Part shown: positions 28,469-37,761 of the stretch, piece by piece
How positions within the stretch are numbered: position 1 is the stretch's first letter
Layout of the letters: each line of letters opens with the position of its first letter
Virus record (IMG/VR): IMGVR_UViG_3300049479_000302
Location: 1-53,836 of that record
Origin: a virus
Taxonomy: Duplodnaviria > Caudoviricetes
Length of the DNA stretch: 53,836 nt
Strand: one strand, 5' to 3'
Program-made: the position numbers and the translations under genes
The notes under the pieces: model-generated
Seen by the model: only the letters and a program-made list of their open reading frames with translations
What the model was told of the DNA's origin: nothing
Database searches by the model: none

Positions 28469-28974
28469 CACAGTTGCCCCATACAGGTTGAATGTCTCTC
28501 TTGTTGGCGGGTCCATACCCCGGCGCAACGCCTGTTGCCGGGGGTTGAACAGTCGTACCTAGCAACGAACCTGTAAAGCAAGTACGCCCGACAAGACCCC
28601 TCATAATCTCCGGCGTTCGCCCTACGAACGATGCTCGACTTGCAAAGCGTTGGAACCCCGTACTGGTAAGCAAAATCGACCATCAGGTCGTATTCAGCCT
28701 GTGTCAGTGGCGCGGTCACACACGCTTTGATCCCCAGCTCGTCTTTTTGAATATGCGCCAGGCTGCGCTTGATTGCCGGTACCGGGGTGATGGTGTCACC
28801 CATCTGCACCGGCGTGCCATCATCGCGAAACGTGGAGCCAAAGCCCACGGTGGGACGGTCACCCTTAACAGGAATAATCGCCTTCTCGGTCCACCCCTCG
28901 TGTGTCACCAAGCCAGCAAAAGCAGCGGCACTTAGTGAAAGCGCAGCCACGGCAATTCGTGCTTTCGTGCTCAT
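28468..28974 (-). CDS. SAR endolysin, GH24 lysozyme
   Basis: Ala-rich SAR helix, HEG...D.PTVGFG, YQYG, GV.TR. Confidence 0.85.
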   Translation of the reverse strand: MSTKARIAVAALSLSAAAFAGLVTHEGWTEKAIIPVKGDRPTVGFGSTFRDDGTPVQMGDTITPVPAIKRSLAHIQKDELGIKACVTAPLTQAEYDLMVDFAYQYGVPTLCKSSIVRRANAGDYEGSCRAYLLYRFVARYDCSTPGNRRCAGVWTRQQERHSTCMGQL

Positions 28975-29201
28975 AACCCGCACCTGTCACGTAAGGCAGC
29001 AAGGCGGGCCTCACTTTCAAGCTGCTCACGTTTATCGCGCTTGCGCTGGAAATAGATGTTTGCGGCAAAGCCTCCAAGGGCAATCATCACACCAAACCAC
29101 CCAATCCAATTGACCGAAGCCAACCAACCCACAACGCCTGTTATTGCCCCAGCCTCGGTTGTTCTGTTGGCCACCTGCACAGCTGTATTATCTAAACTCA
29201 T
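28971..29201 (-). CDS. Holin/pinholin
   Basis: 76 aa, hydrophobic segments and basic C-terminus, upstream of endolysin. Confidence 0.75.
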   Translation of the reverse strand: MSLDNTAVQVANRTTEAGAITGVVGWLASVNWIGWFGVMIALGGFAANIYFQRKRDKREQLESEARLAALRDRCGL

Positions 29202-31435
29202 ATCCCTGCACCCGTAGTTACCCGAAGCTGAGCTTCAGCGTTATAAAGTTCCTTTTTGTTGCGCTCTTTCATACTGCTTTCAGCCAACTTCGCTTTGATT
29301 TGGTCAAGGGTCAGTTCTTTAGTCTGCGCCAGCTTCACCATTTCAATATTCAAAGTCATTTCTTTCATTTCTCGCTGAAACTCACGGTCCTCACGAGCCA
29401 TCAAAAGCTTCAGCTCCAACTCCTTCATGTCGGAGGCCTGAACCAATTCAGCCTTCTTCAAATCGCCATCAGTTCGAATCTGTGCAACCTGAAGTTGTGG
29501 GTTCTGTTCCTGCGGCGCATTAGCTGCAGCTTCTTCGTTGGCTTTGATCTCGGCCTCGGTAAACATGATTTCAGCCGGATCCACGTGCTGGGCCTGCACG
29601 GCCTTCTTGAAAATCTTTTTCGGATCAACAAACTTCGAGAACACAGGGTTTGCAGCAGCTGCGAGCAAATTCAGGAACGCTTGGTTCTGAATATCGCGAA
29701 CCAACAAGGCAGAAGCACCGCGTGCGTCCACATCAAAATCACCCTTGATATCTTGCTTCTTGCTGTAAAGCATATTGAAGTCGTAATACCGGCGCATGTG
29801 CGGCTTGGTGATCATGTCGTCCACCTGCTTCACCAAGCGGCGAAGCACCACGTTCGAGGCATTCATCAGCATCTGCATGCCACCGACGGTTTCGGGTGCG
29901 GCACGCTCATTGCCCTGCATAATCATGGGTACGCTGGTTTCTTCGTCGGCCAATTGAGTGGCCAGCTGAATAATGCCGGCCATGTACTGCTGCATGTTTG
30001 GAATGTTGAACGTGGCAAATATCTTGTTCACGTCCAAGGTGTCGTCGTCAACAATCCAAATCTTGTTGCCTTTAATTTCCCAAATACCGTTTTGTGGCCT
30101 GAAGCCTTTCTGGCGCACTACAATCATTGGCCCGCTGGACATCCCTGCGTTGTCCATCATTGCCCGCCACGCGGCGTTCATTACACGCTGCTGCGAATTC
30201 ATCAGGCGCGGAACACCAACACCACGGCATTTGTCTGCCTCTTTCTCCCAGGGCAGGAAGTCATAAGGCAATTCACCACTGTCCAATGGACTCAAAAAGG
30301 CCTTCACCACCGTGTTATTCACCATCACAACGCAGGCATCAACAGTGTCCAGAATGTCATCACTGACATTGATACCAGCTGCAATAGCGTCTTCCCGGTT
30401 AATTTCGCCCCAGTATTCCCAAACCTCAAAACAGTTCTTTTCCGGGTCTCTGTCGTTGTCATCAATCTCCGTGCGCGCGGCACTCTGCTTTGGGCCCTCT
30501 TCAAGCACCAGGCGAAGTTGGGATTTCATGTAACCGGGTTGCTTGGCCAGCGCTCGAATCTGCTTCGCGGTCTTCAAATCGCGTTCAAAAATGCCAGAAC
30601 CGGCTTGAATGTCTTCTCCGCACGCCGGGTCTTCCCAAATGTTTCGGGGGTCAACCCTTACACTGGCAGGCTTCTTGTCTTCCGTCAGCAGCATTTGATA
30701 AACGCCGCTGCTTTCTTCCAGCATTTTCCACTGCTTGCGCGTCTTAGCAATGACAATGGGGCCCTTCAAAACACCGGTACCCATCACGGCAGCGTCATGA
30801 ATAACCTTTCTCAGCTCGCCCTTGTAATCGCACTCGGTCAGCTGATCATCAATCTCGCGTTCCATGCCCTTGGCGGCTTCATCAGCCTTGGCTTGCTCGC
30901 GGGTTGCCAAATCTTTCTTGGTCAAAACCTCACCGTTTTCGGGGTTTCTTAGTGGCTCACCATTTTTAGTGCGGTGGTCCGGCAGTGGTGTGCTGTCATT
31001 CATTGACGCAACAAGCTCAGGATTTGGCGTAGGCTTGATTGCAAAGTTTTTGTCATCATTGGGGATGATGATGTCGGCCAGTCGTGCCTCTGCACCGTTG
31101 GTTTTTTGGCGGGTCATGCCAATGAAAACAGTCGATCGATTAGCGCCAGCAGCCTTTTTACTTGCACCACTACCACCGTTTGCCGCCAACTCCACCATAT
31201 TCAGTTCGGCTTGCTTCGTTGCCGCATCCTGGTTGTTGTACTGGTCAATATCTTCACGAACGCGCCTATCCCAACCACTCGACCGGCGCAGGCTGATCCA
31301 CTCATCACGGGTCTTTGCCAGCGAACTACCAAAGTTTTGAAGCTTTTCCGCCCGGCGCTCCTCTTCTATTCGCAAGCGGTCTTCTTCGTCAATTGGATCT
31401 TCGAAGTCGTTGGGGTTTGTTTGTGGCTGATTCAT
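29198..31435 (-). CDS. Portal protein
   Basis: 745 aa after terL; GTGVLKGP, GVGVP, ET.GGM.ML motifs. Confidence 0.85.
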   Translation of the reverse strand: MNQPQTNPNDFEDPIDEEDRLRIEEERRAEKLQNFGSSLAKTRDEWISLRRSSGWDRRVREDIDQYNNQDAATKQAELNMVELAANGGSGASKKAAGANRSTVFIGMTRQKTNGAEARLADIIIPNDDKNFAIKPTPNPELVASMNDSTPLPDHRTKNGEPLRNPENGEVLTKKDLATREQAKADEAAKGMEREIDDQLTECDYKGELRKVIHDAAVMGTGVLKGPIVIAKTRKQWKMLEESSGVYQMLLTEDKKPASVRVDPRNIWEDPACGEDIQAGSGIFERDLKTAKQIRALAKQPGYMKSQLRLVLEEGPKQSAARTEIDDNDRDPEKNCFEVWEYWGEINREDAIAAGINVSDDILDTVDACVVMVNNTVVKAFLSPLDSGELPYDFLPWEKEADKCRGVGVPRLMNSQQRVMNAAWRAMMDNAGMSSGPMIVVRQKGFRPQNGIWEIKGNKIWIVDDDTLDVNKIFATFNIPNMQQYMAGIIQLATQLADEETSVPMIMQGNERAAPETVGGMQMLMNASNVVLRRLVKQVDDMITKPHMRRYYDFNMLYSKKQDIKGDFDVDARGASALLVRDIQNQAFLNLLAAAANPVFSKFVDPKKIFKKAVQAQHVDPAEIMFTEAEIKANEEAAANAPQEQNPQLQVAQIRTDGDLKKAELVQASDMKELELKLLMAREDREFQREMKEMTLNIEMVKLAQTKELTLDQIKAKLAESSMKERNKKELYNAEAQLRVTTGAGI

Positions 31436-31513
31436 GGGGCACGCTGTGTTTGTCGTGCACCGATATTCAATCGATCAATGAATCATGTCGACATCGTATG
31501 CCGCGATTTGCAA

Positions 31514-32995
31514 TCAGAAACCCATGGTCGGGTCGAGCACGCCATAGCCGCCATTATTTTGATCGGCATATGGGTTGTATTGCTGCATCAGGGAGGCTTG
31601 TTTACTAACAGCGTGGCGAATCATCATGAATGCGTACCTGGTTGCATCCATCAAATCTTCGTCTTCTTTGTGGATCTTGCCTTTTACGCGGTGATAAAGT
31701 CTGAACTCACCGAACCATGGCTCTAGGTGCGAGAAGACCTTGAACTGTTGTTTCTGCATCGCCATCAGAATTTCACTTATACCGCGTTCAACGCTGTTGC
31801 CGCCATCCTCAAACGTCGCGCGTTCCTTCAACATGTTTGCGCCCGCGTTCACATAGGTCTGCGCCAACTCCTCACCCGTGCCCTTCTCCGTGTTCAGGCC
31901 GTCATGTGGCCACGCGATTGGAATCCACTTGCCGCGCCCGTTGATTGCTGCGGTATGCACCACCGGCGTTTGTTCTTTCTCGCGGTAGCAGTCAGTCACA
32001 TAGACGATTCTGGTGTCTGGATCAATCGCAAGCCACACCACCGCCGTGGGGTGACTCCAACCAAAGTCAACAGCAGCAATGCGCGGCCAGTAATCGGGAA
32101 TTGGAAAGGCGTTGCAAGTAATGGTCGACTCGGCCACAGGGTAAATTCGACCAGAACCCAGAATTGGAATACCCATGGCCCGTGCGTCACGCTCATGGGC
32201 AGGGTATGAAGCAACAATCGAGTCACGCTTTTCCTGTGAGTAATGCAACGCATCGTTAATGGTCGCTTTGATTACAGCAGTACCCGGCAATTTGTCGATC
32301 AGGAACCGCTTTACCACGTTCGACATACCCAACAACGGCGTGAACGTAGTCCACACAATACCATCCGTTGCGTTGGTCCGGGTCAAGCCCTCTGTGTAAA
32401 CATCTTCTGGCGGCTCTTCATCGAATGCAACATAGTGCAGCGTTTCGCCCTGCCATTTTTCTCGACCCTTTTCATAGCTTTTGAATGCAAGAGTTGAGAT
32501 ACCACCGCCAGCGTGGCGAATTTGTACGGTGTCTATCAGGTCTGCAACTCCGCGCGCCTTTGTGTATTCAATGATCAGGTGCCCGGGTATTGACCCCTCA
32601 CCGATATTACCTGGCCTACCCATCACCAAGCGCTGCAAAGTGTCTCGGGTTGATTCGCCAGTAATGCCAGCAGCCCAGCCAACCGTTGGCGTTGTAAAAC
32701 GATGACCTTGCCAGTCATCTGGGTACAGGCCGGTGGCATGGAAAGCAATCTCAGCTGCTGAAGAGTAGGTTTTACCAATCTGGTTGGCGGCCATGAACAG
32801 GCGTTCACGCGCAACCGTGTTGTGAAACTCTGCTTGTTTTGGGTAAGGCTTGTATTTTTTGAGTTGGTTTCTGGCTTCGTGCTGCCTGTACTTTTTCAGC
32901 AGTATCAGCAACCTTTCCTGCTGTTGTGGATTCAGCTTCGACAGGTCGATATTTTCAAAGCGTTTACCCGCAATCTCAATTGTCGGCAGAATCAT
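31514..32995 (-). CDS. terL: Terminase large subunit
   Basis: AANQIGKT Walker A, FDEEPP Walker B, DFGWSHP nuclease, DLMDA.RY. Confidence 0.95.
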   Translation of the reverse strand: MILPTIEIAGKRFENIDLSKLNPQQQERLLILLKKYRQHEARNQLKKYKPYPKQAEFHNTVARERLFMAANQIGKTYSSAAEIAFHATGLYPDDWQGHRFTTPTVGWAAGITGESTRDTLQRLVMGRPGNIGEGSIPGHLIIEYTKARGVADLIDTVQIRHAGGGISTLAFKSYEKGREKWQGETLHYVAFDEEPPEDVYTEGLTRTNATDGIVWTTFTPLLGMSNVVKRFLIDKLPGTAVIKATINDALHYSQEKRDSIVASYPAHERDARAMGIPILGSGRIYPVAESTITCNAFPIPDYWPRIAAVDFGWSHPTAVVWLAIDPDTRIVYVTDCYREKEQTPVVHTAAINGRGKWIPIAWPHDGLNTEKGTGEELAQTYVNAGANMLKERATFEDGGNSVERGISEILMAMQKQQFKVFSHLEPWFGEFRLYHRVKGKIHKEDEDLMDATRYAFMMIRHAVSKQASLMQQYNPYADQNNGGYGVLDPTMGF

Positions 32996-33512
32996 TTTTC
33001 TGCTTTGGCTGCAATGCGGTCAGCAGTGCCACCAACTCGTTCTGTACGTTCTCGGGGGTCGTTGTCAGGTTGCCTGTCAAATCCAGTTTGTCGCCGTATT
33101 CCTTCGGGTGCCACTTAGCCAGCAGCTTCATGCGTTGCTCGGCTCGGTTCTTTTGCCATTGAACGAAGGCGGGGTCGATCTTGGTACCGTACTCAGTTTC
33201 AATACGCTCAGGCTTCTGATCAATTATTTCGATAGTGTCTTCTGCAATGGCATGCCCACCCATCTTGCGGGCCAATTCCATCTTTTCAGCAAACTCAGGG
33301 TACCGCTTAATCCAGTTGTAAATCGTGCTCCAGTCTTTCTTTTTTTGGCGGCAATACTCGCGCAAAGTCTCACCACCAGCAATCCACTTGCAAATCTCAT
33401 CGCCAAGCTTAACCGTGTACGTAGAACCAGAAGCCCGCACAGCTTTCTTCTTCGCTGTAGCGGGCTTCTTTGGCGCTGCCGCCTTCTTTGGTAGTTGCTT
33501 TGGTGTTGTCAC
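32976..33512 (-). CDS. terS: Terminase small subunit
   Basis: EICKWIAGGETLR..C...TIYNW HTH and PKEYGDK motif; upstream of terL. Confidence 0.85.
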   Translation of the reverse strand: MTTPKQLPKKAAAPKKPATAKKKAVRASGSTYTVKLGDEICKWIAGGETLREYCRQKKKDWSTIYNWIKRYPEFAEKMELARKMGGHAIAEDTIEIIDQKPERIETEYGTKIDPAFVQWQKNRAEQRMKLLAKWHPKEYGDKLDLTGNLTTTPENVQNELVALLTALQPKQKNDSADN

Positions 33513-33976
33513 TCAACAACCGTCCAGTCTTCGGCTAGCACATCTGTTTGCGATGCAAGCCACGGCACGAACTTATCGTCCACAGTCTTCATGCCAATCC
33601 ATGGGAGGCTGTCAAGTAATTCCAAGCCGCGTGTGGTTTCCCAGTGAGAACTAGGGATGAGGTGTAGCCACATTCCCTTGCCGTTCCAGCCAGACCGCGC
33701 CACCCGTTTGCCTGACTTCAAAGCCTCGATGGCCATGCCGAAAGTCAGGCCTGTGGTAGGCCGGTACGAACGCTCAAACACATCCTTGGGGCTCCACGAA
33801 ATGTAGCCAGCGTAGCCAGGGTGATTGGGCGTACCGCCATCAAGATATTCGACCAAATAGCCGTCCTCGATTGGTCGGTTTTCAATACCTGCAGCGATAT
33901 TTGTCCACAGATCGTTGTAATCCGCCCGGTTCATTGGCTTGGCGTTGATGATCTTGGTTCCAATATAGGAGCTCAC
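33509..33976 (-). CDS. DUF2829 / Tad2-like protein with extra N-terminal domain
   Basis: FGMAIEALKSGKRVARSGWNGKGMWL...PWLASQTDVLAEDW. Confidence 0.8.
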   Translation of the reverse strand: MSSYIGTKIINAKPMNRADYNDLWTNIAAGIENRPIEDGYLVEYLDGGTPNHPGYAGYISWSPKDVFERSYRPTTGLTFGMAIEALKSGKRVARSGWNGKGMWLHLIPSSHWETTRGLELLDSLPWIGMKTVDDKFVPWLASQTDVLAEDWTVVE

Positions 33977-34146
33977 GCCGCACCCTCCTCGTCGCTCAAG
34001 GCCTTGCTCACCAACTCATCAATCTGGTTGGATCGAGAGAGGCAGGCGTCCTTAGCGTGTTGGGGGATGGCAGGATCCAGCGCCATGCCACGGCAGAAAT
34101 TCGAGGCTGCTTCTAAAGCCTCAATCAGATCATCGCGGGTGGCCAT
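33973..34146 (-). CDS. Small hypothetical protein (57 aa, absent from ORF track)
   Basis: MATRDDLIEALEAAS...; coupled to the downstream gene. Confidence 0.55.
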   Translation of the reverse strand: MATRDDLIEALEAASNFCRGMALDPAIPQHAKDACLSRSNQIDELVSKALSDEEGAA

Positions 34147-34148
34147 GC

Positions 34149-34860
34149 TTAAATCTTCCCCTTCTTGTAGCCGCCACTAAAGCCATCAATAGGGCCACCC
34201 GGCTTCTTTGGCTCGCAATTGCTCATCGATTTGGTTGGTGCAGAACCACCAAAACCCTCGATCTTTGATTGTTTGCCGGTTACAGAGGTGCCCTGCTTTT
34301 CCATTGAGCCGCCCTTCATTTTCATTTCGCCGAAGTTTTTCACTATTTCTTTCCTTTTGGTTTTGAAGCTGTAGAGGCCTCTGGTTCAGGTTGGGGTTCA
34401 GGCTGTGGCTGCGCCTCAGCTTCTGGTTGCTGTTCTTCTGCTGGCTCTGCGGCGACATCTGCATCCAGTTCCTCGGCTCCAAGCTCAGGTTCTGGAACCA
34501 AAACAGGGTCGGCCGCCTCTTCACCGCCTGCATTTTCTTCAGCAAGTTCGGCCTCCAAAGCGGCGATCAAAGCGGCTTGGTCTTGATCCTGCTTCGCTTG
34601 CTTGGCAGCCGCCTTAGATTCTTCAATTCGCTGGACAATGCCCATTACATGCCTCCCATTTGCCCGCCCATGGGCATCATTTGTTTGTCGGTAACCTTGG
34701 ATTCCTCGTCCCACATGTCTTCTTCCGACATGCCGCCAGGCAAGAAACTTTTGATCATTTCCATGGCTTCCTCGGCGCTTTCAACTGGCATTGGCTCTTT
34801 ACCGTCCATGGCGATTGTTATCGCGCCGGTGTCGTCGGCCACATCAATGATGATTTGCAT
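34149..34860 (-). other. Cluster of three small low-complexity late genes
   Basis: Overlapping minus-strand ORFs downstream of the late motif at 34922; GAGG RBS before 34860. Confidence 0.5.
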
Positions 34861-35268
34861 AATTACCTCGTGTGATTGAGGTCATAAAATGCTTTAAGGG
34901 GTGGGGTTTGTACACATCAAGTGCACTGATATGCAACGCGCGCGCGAAGCGTGGAACAGGGGCTGTGGTCCCGCTTTGCTTTCCTGTACATCCTTTTTTC
35001 GGCAATTCGTAAAACTCTGGATGCCCTTGAATATGCTTTTTCAGCGGCCTTAAGCTCTTCCCAGTATTTTTTGTATGACATTTCCAACTCTGACTCCAAA
35101 GTTATAACCTAGTCGGTTTTATCTTTCCAATCCAAAAGGCGTCGAAACATTAAGTTCCGAACCTGTTGGTAATGCCGAATACCATAAACACCAACAAAAT
35201 ACCTCGGGAATTTTATAACTCTGCTTTTTGTGATCTTTCTGATTTTCATACCAACCTTGGTGGATCTA

Positions 35269-35859
35269 TCACAGGCTCGCGCGTAGTGCTTGTACCCATG
35301 CGGTGCGTTTTTCTGTGCGCTCCACCTCTTTCCGGTGCCCGTCGGCCCAATAATCGATGTTTCTTTTCAGTGCAAGCAGGCGTTCCTCAAACCACTGATC
35401 GCCGGTCAGGCGAACATTCGGTGTTTTGTAGTAATCCTCATTGCAATCGAATTTAATGCTCTGCTCGATCTGGTCTCGCATGAATTCATGTAGGCCAGAA
35501 TGCTCAGTCGTTGGCGGGGTCCACGCCTTCACTTTTTCCAGCATTGCCTCATAAGCTTCGCGCTGCTTACGATTCTCTTCCAAAAGCATCAAGCGGCTTG
35601 CCTCGGCGTCTTCCCATACTTTGGTTGCACAGCGCTCGCGATCTGCAAGAGTCATGGCAGCCAGCTTCGCCAATTCCGCGATGGCCTCATCAAACCTATT
35701 TTTGTAATAATCGCTCGGTTCAAAGCTATCGGGTATTTTTTCGCCACCGCCCGGCTCGTGACGCAGCATCACGCACACACCGAAATGTCGGGCGCAGTTC
35801 AGGGCGTAGGTCTTAAAGTCAATTCCGTCTTTGATGTTGGCAGTGAAATGGGTTGGCAT
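35269..35859 (-). CDS. Hypothetical phage protein
   Basis: 196 aa with AGGAG RBS. Confidence 0.75.
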   Translation of the reverse strand: MPTHFTANIKDGIDFKTYALNCARHFGVCVMLRHEPGGGEKIPDSFEPSDYYKNRFDEAIAELAKLAAMTLADRERCATKVWEDAEASRLMLLEENRKQREAYEAMLEKVKAWTPPTTEHSGLHEFMRDQIEQSIKFDCNEDYYKTPNVRLTGDQWFEERLLALKRNIDYWADGHRKEVERTEKRTAWVQALRASL

Positions 35860-36089
35860 TTTACTCTCCTGATTTGTTTGTTTGATTTTTAACTTAACTT
35901 TCTCGGCCCAAAGTACCGCTCAACACGCACAACCCTTAATCCGGGCTGTTCTTTGTAGAACTGGCGCAAAGCCAGCTCCACCGATGTTGATTTGATTTCA
36001 ACGAAACTTTCGCTGTCGTTCTTTTGAAAAAATAGTTTGAAGGTCAGCCGCATTGGCTTCATTTGGTTTGATTTCAACACGGCACGCCC

Positions 36090-36359
36090 TCATTCAATTT
36101 GATCTTCAATCCAGTTGGCCAGGTCGTAAGCTCGACAAAGGTGCTTCTTCGAGCCCGGAATTTTCACCATCGGTGGCACACATTCCGGGTTACGGGTCAT
36201 GTCCGACTTCAATGAACTCGGTGACTTACGAAGAATCAATGCTACCTCGTCAACCGTGAACAATCTCAATTTTGGGTCCATTGCCCCGATCATCCGCTCC
36301 AGGTTCAGTGCTATCTCGTTCAAGTCCTGCACCAGTTGCTGCCTCTCTTGTGAATCCAT
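36090..36359 (-). CDS. Winged-helix DNA-binding protein (AlpA/PrtN-like), candidate late activator
   Basis: LFTVDEVALILRKSPSSL...P...KIPG......DLANWI. Confidence 0.6.
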   Translation of the reverse strand: MDSQERQQLVQDLNEIALNLERMIGAMDPKLRLFTVDEVALILRKSPSSLKSDMTRNPECVPPMVKIPGSKKHLCRAYDLANWIEDQIE

Positions 36360-36516
36360 TCGCTTTCCCCAGTAGCTCTTCGAAATTATTGACAATGTAC
36401 AAACCCAGCTTGTGAGCTGGGCTGGTTTGGTCAGGTTCGCCGGTGTCGAACACAGCCTCCACAGTGATGGTTTCATCCTCTGGATTTGCAACAAAACTTA
36501 CGATTGACTGTTTCAT
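36250..36516 (-). CDS. Hypothetical protein
   Basis: AAGGAAG RBS; overlaps next gene. Confidence 0.5.
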   Translation of the reverse strand: MKQSIVSFVANPEDETITVEAVFDTGEPDQTSPAHKLGLYIVNNFEELLGKANGFTREAATGAGLERDSTEPGADDRGNGPKIEIVHG

Positions 36517-36542
36517 TTTTTGGCTTCCTTCTCGTTAAAAAA

Positions 36543-36974
36543 TCAAACTTCTTGAATTTGAATGCCGTGAACGTGCAGAAGAAGCTTTCGCTTAATCACG
36601 TAATCAGGGGTTCTGAATCCCTTGGTGTCTTCGACGACTTGCTCGCCGCCTTTGGTGAAATAAACAAAATCAGCCACGTAATGCACAGGCCTCTCGCAGC
36701 CGCCGCCCGGTTTTTCTTGCTTCGGCACCAGCTCGAATCGCACCTGTGTTTTCAAACCGCTGATGTGGCCTGCAGCCTGCAAGTGGTTCAATTCGTTAAA
36801 ACGCTTTAATTCGCGCTTGGAGTCGAATTTTTGCCCGTTTGATGTCTGCACCTTGGTGTTGCCGTACTTTTGCGACTTAGGCCCGTTTGATGTGGTCTTG
36901 GGTGCATTTTGCGCAGCCAGTCTGGTTCGCAATGCCTGAAATTCCTCCTCGCTGTACCTCAATCCGCTTGGCAT
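36543..36974 (-). CDS. DUF1064 family PD-(D/E)XK endonuclease
   Basis: KYGN.K...FDSKRE..RF, YVADFVY, VEDTKG. Confidence 0.85.
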   Translation of the reverse strand: MPSGLRYSEEEFQALRTRLAAQNAPKTTSNGPKSQKYGNTKVQTSNGQKFDSKRELKRFNELNHLQAAGHISGLKTQVRFELVPKQEKPGGGCERPVHYVADFVYFTKGGEQVVEDTKGFRTPDYVIKRKLLLHVHGIQIQEV

Positions 36975-37116
36975 TTACCACCCCGTTTTTCAAACTCGAT
37001 CATGTCTTTGCAGTGCCTGTGCCACATTTCCACCGCCCTGTTTTCCGCCAATCGCCTAGAATGTCCGGCTTCAAATTCCAGAATCGCGGCCCGCTCTTCA
37101 ATCCATTCCTGGTCAA

Positions 37117-37761
37117 TCACTGCAGCCGTTCACCAACGCTGCGAAGTGCTGAGTCAAGCAGAGAGGACGGCGTTTGAAGCCTGTCTCGTAACTCACGAAT
37201 TCGCTTCCTTGCCTCGTGCTTTGGCGTCACTGCCTTGCCCGGTGCAACCAAAGCTTTTCGAGGTTGAGGGATCTCAGGCAACAGGCCTTTGGTTTGCTGG
37301 TTGCGTGCACGGTCCAATTCAGCAACCCACGACACCCGGTGCTTGGCCAACGGCTCGTTCAAAACCTCGAATGGTCCAAAGCGACTTGCGGCCCAGTAGA
37401 TGCAAAGGTCTGGCCAGTTGCCCATCTCGCCGCGTTGCCTGGCACGCATGCCCTCGCCTGCCACTTTCCACGCAAAATCCGCGTCAATCTCGGGTCTGCA
37501 AAGTTTCAGGAACTGGGGCAGCGTGGGCGGCCAAGTCAGGTTTCTGCACGCAGCCACACCCGCCTCAATTTCGGCTTTCGAAAAGCCCTGCAGCTCAGTT
37601 CGCCACACCTCCTCCATGACCGTTGGCGGTGTATTTGCCCACTGGTCAAACCACAGTCGCCCATACATCGAGGACATGATCGCAAACAGCTTTGCGGTGC
37701 CCGAAAGTTGGCTAAGACTCGCTGTCTGGGGTGATGTCGATGATCTGAGATTCGTTCCCAT
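37117..37761 (-). CDS. Replication protein P-like helicase loader
   Basis: YG..W..QW, W...L and WPPTLPQF..LCR motifs; follows initiator. Confidence 0.7.
   Translation of the reverse strand: MGTNLRSSTSPQTASLSQLSGTAKLFAIMSSMYGRLWFDQWANTPPTVMEEVWRTELQGFSKAEIEAGVAACRNLTWPPTLPQFLKLCRPEIDADFAWKVAGEGMRARQRGEMGNWPDLCIYWAASRFGPFEVLNEPLAKHRVSWVAELDRARNQQTKGLLPEIPQPRKALVAPGKAVTPKHEARKRIRELRDRLQTPSSLLDSALRSVGERLQ

Noticed and set aside
29144-30952. 602-aa plus-strand ORF
   Set aside because: Antisense shadow of the portal gene with no recognisable motifs
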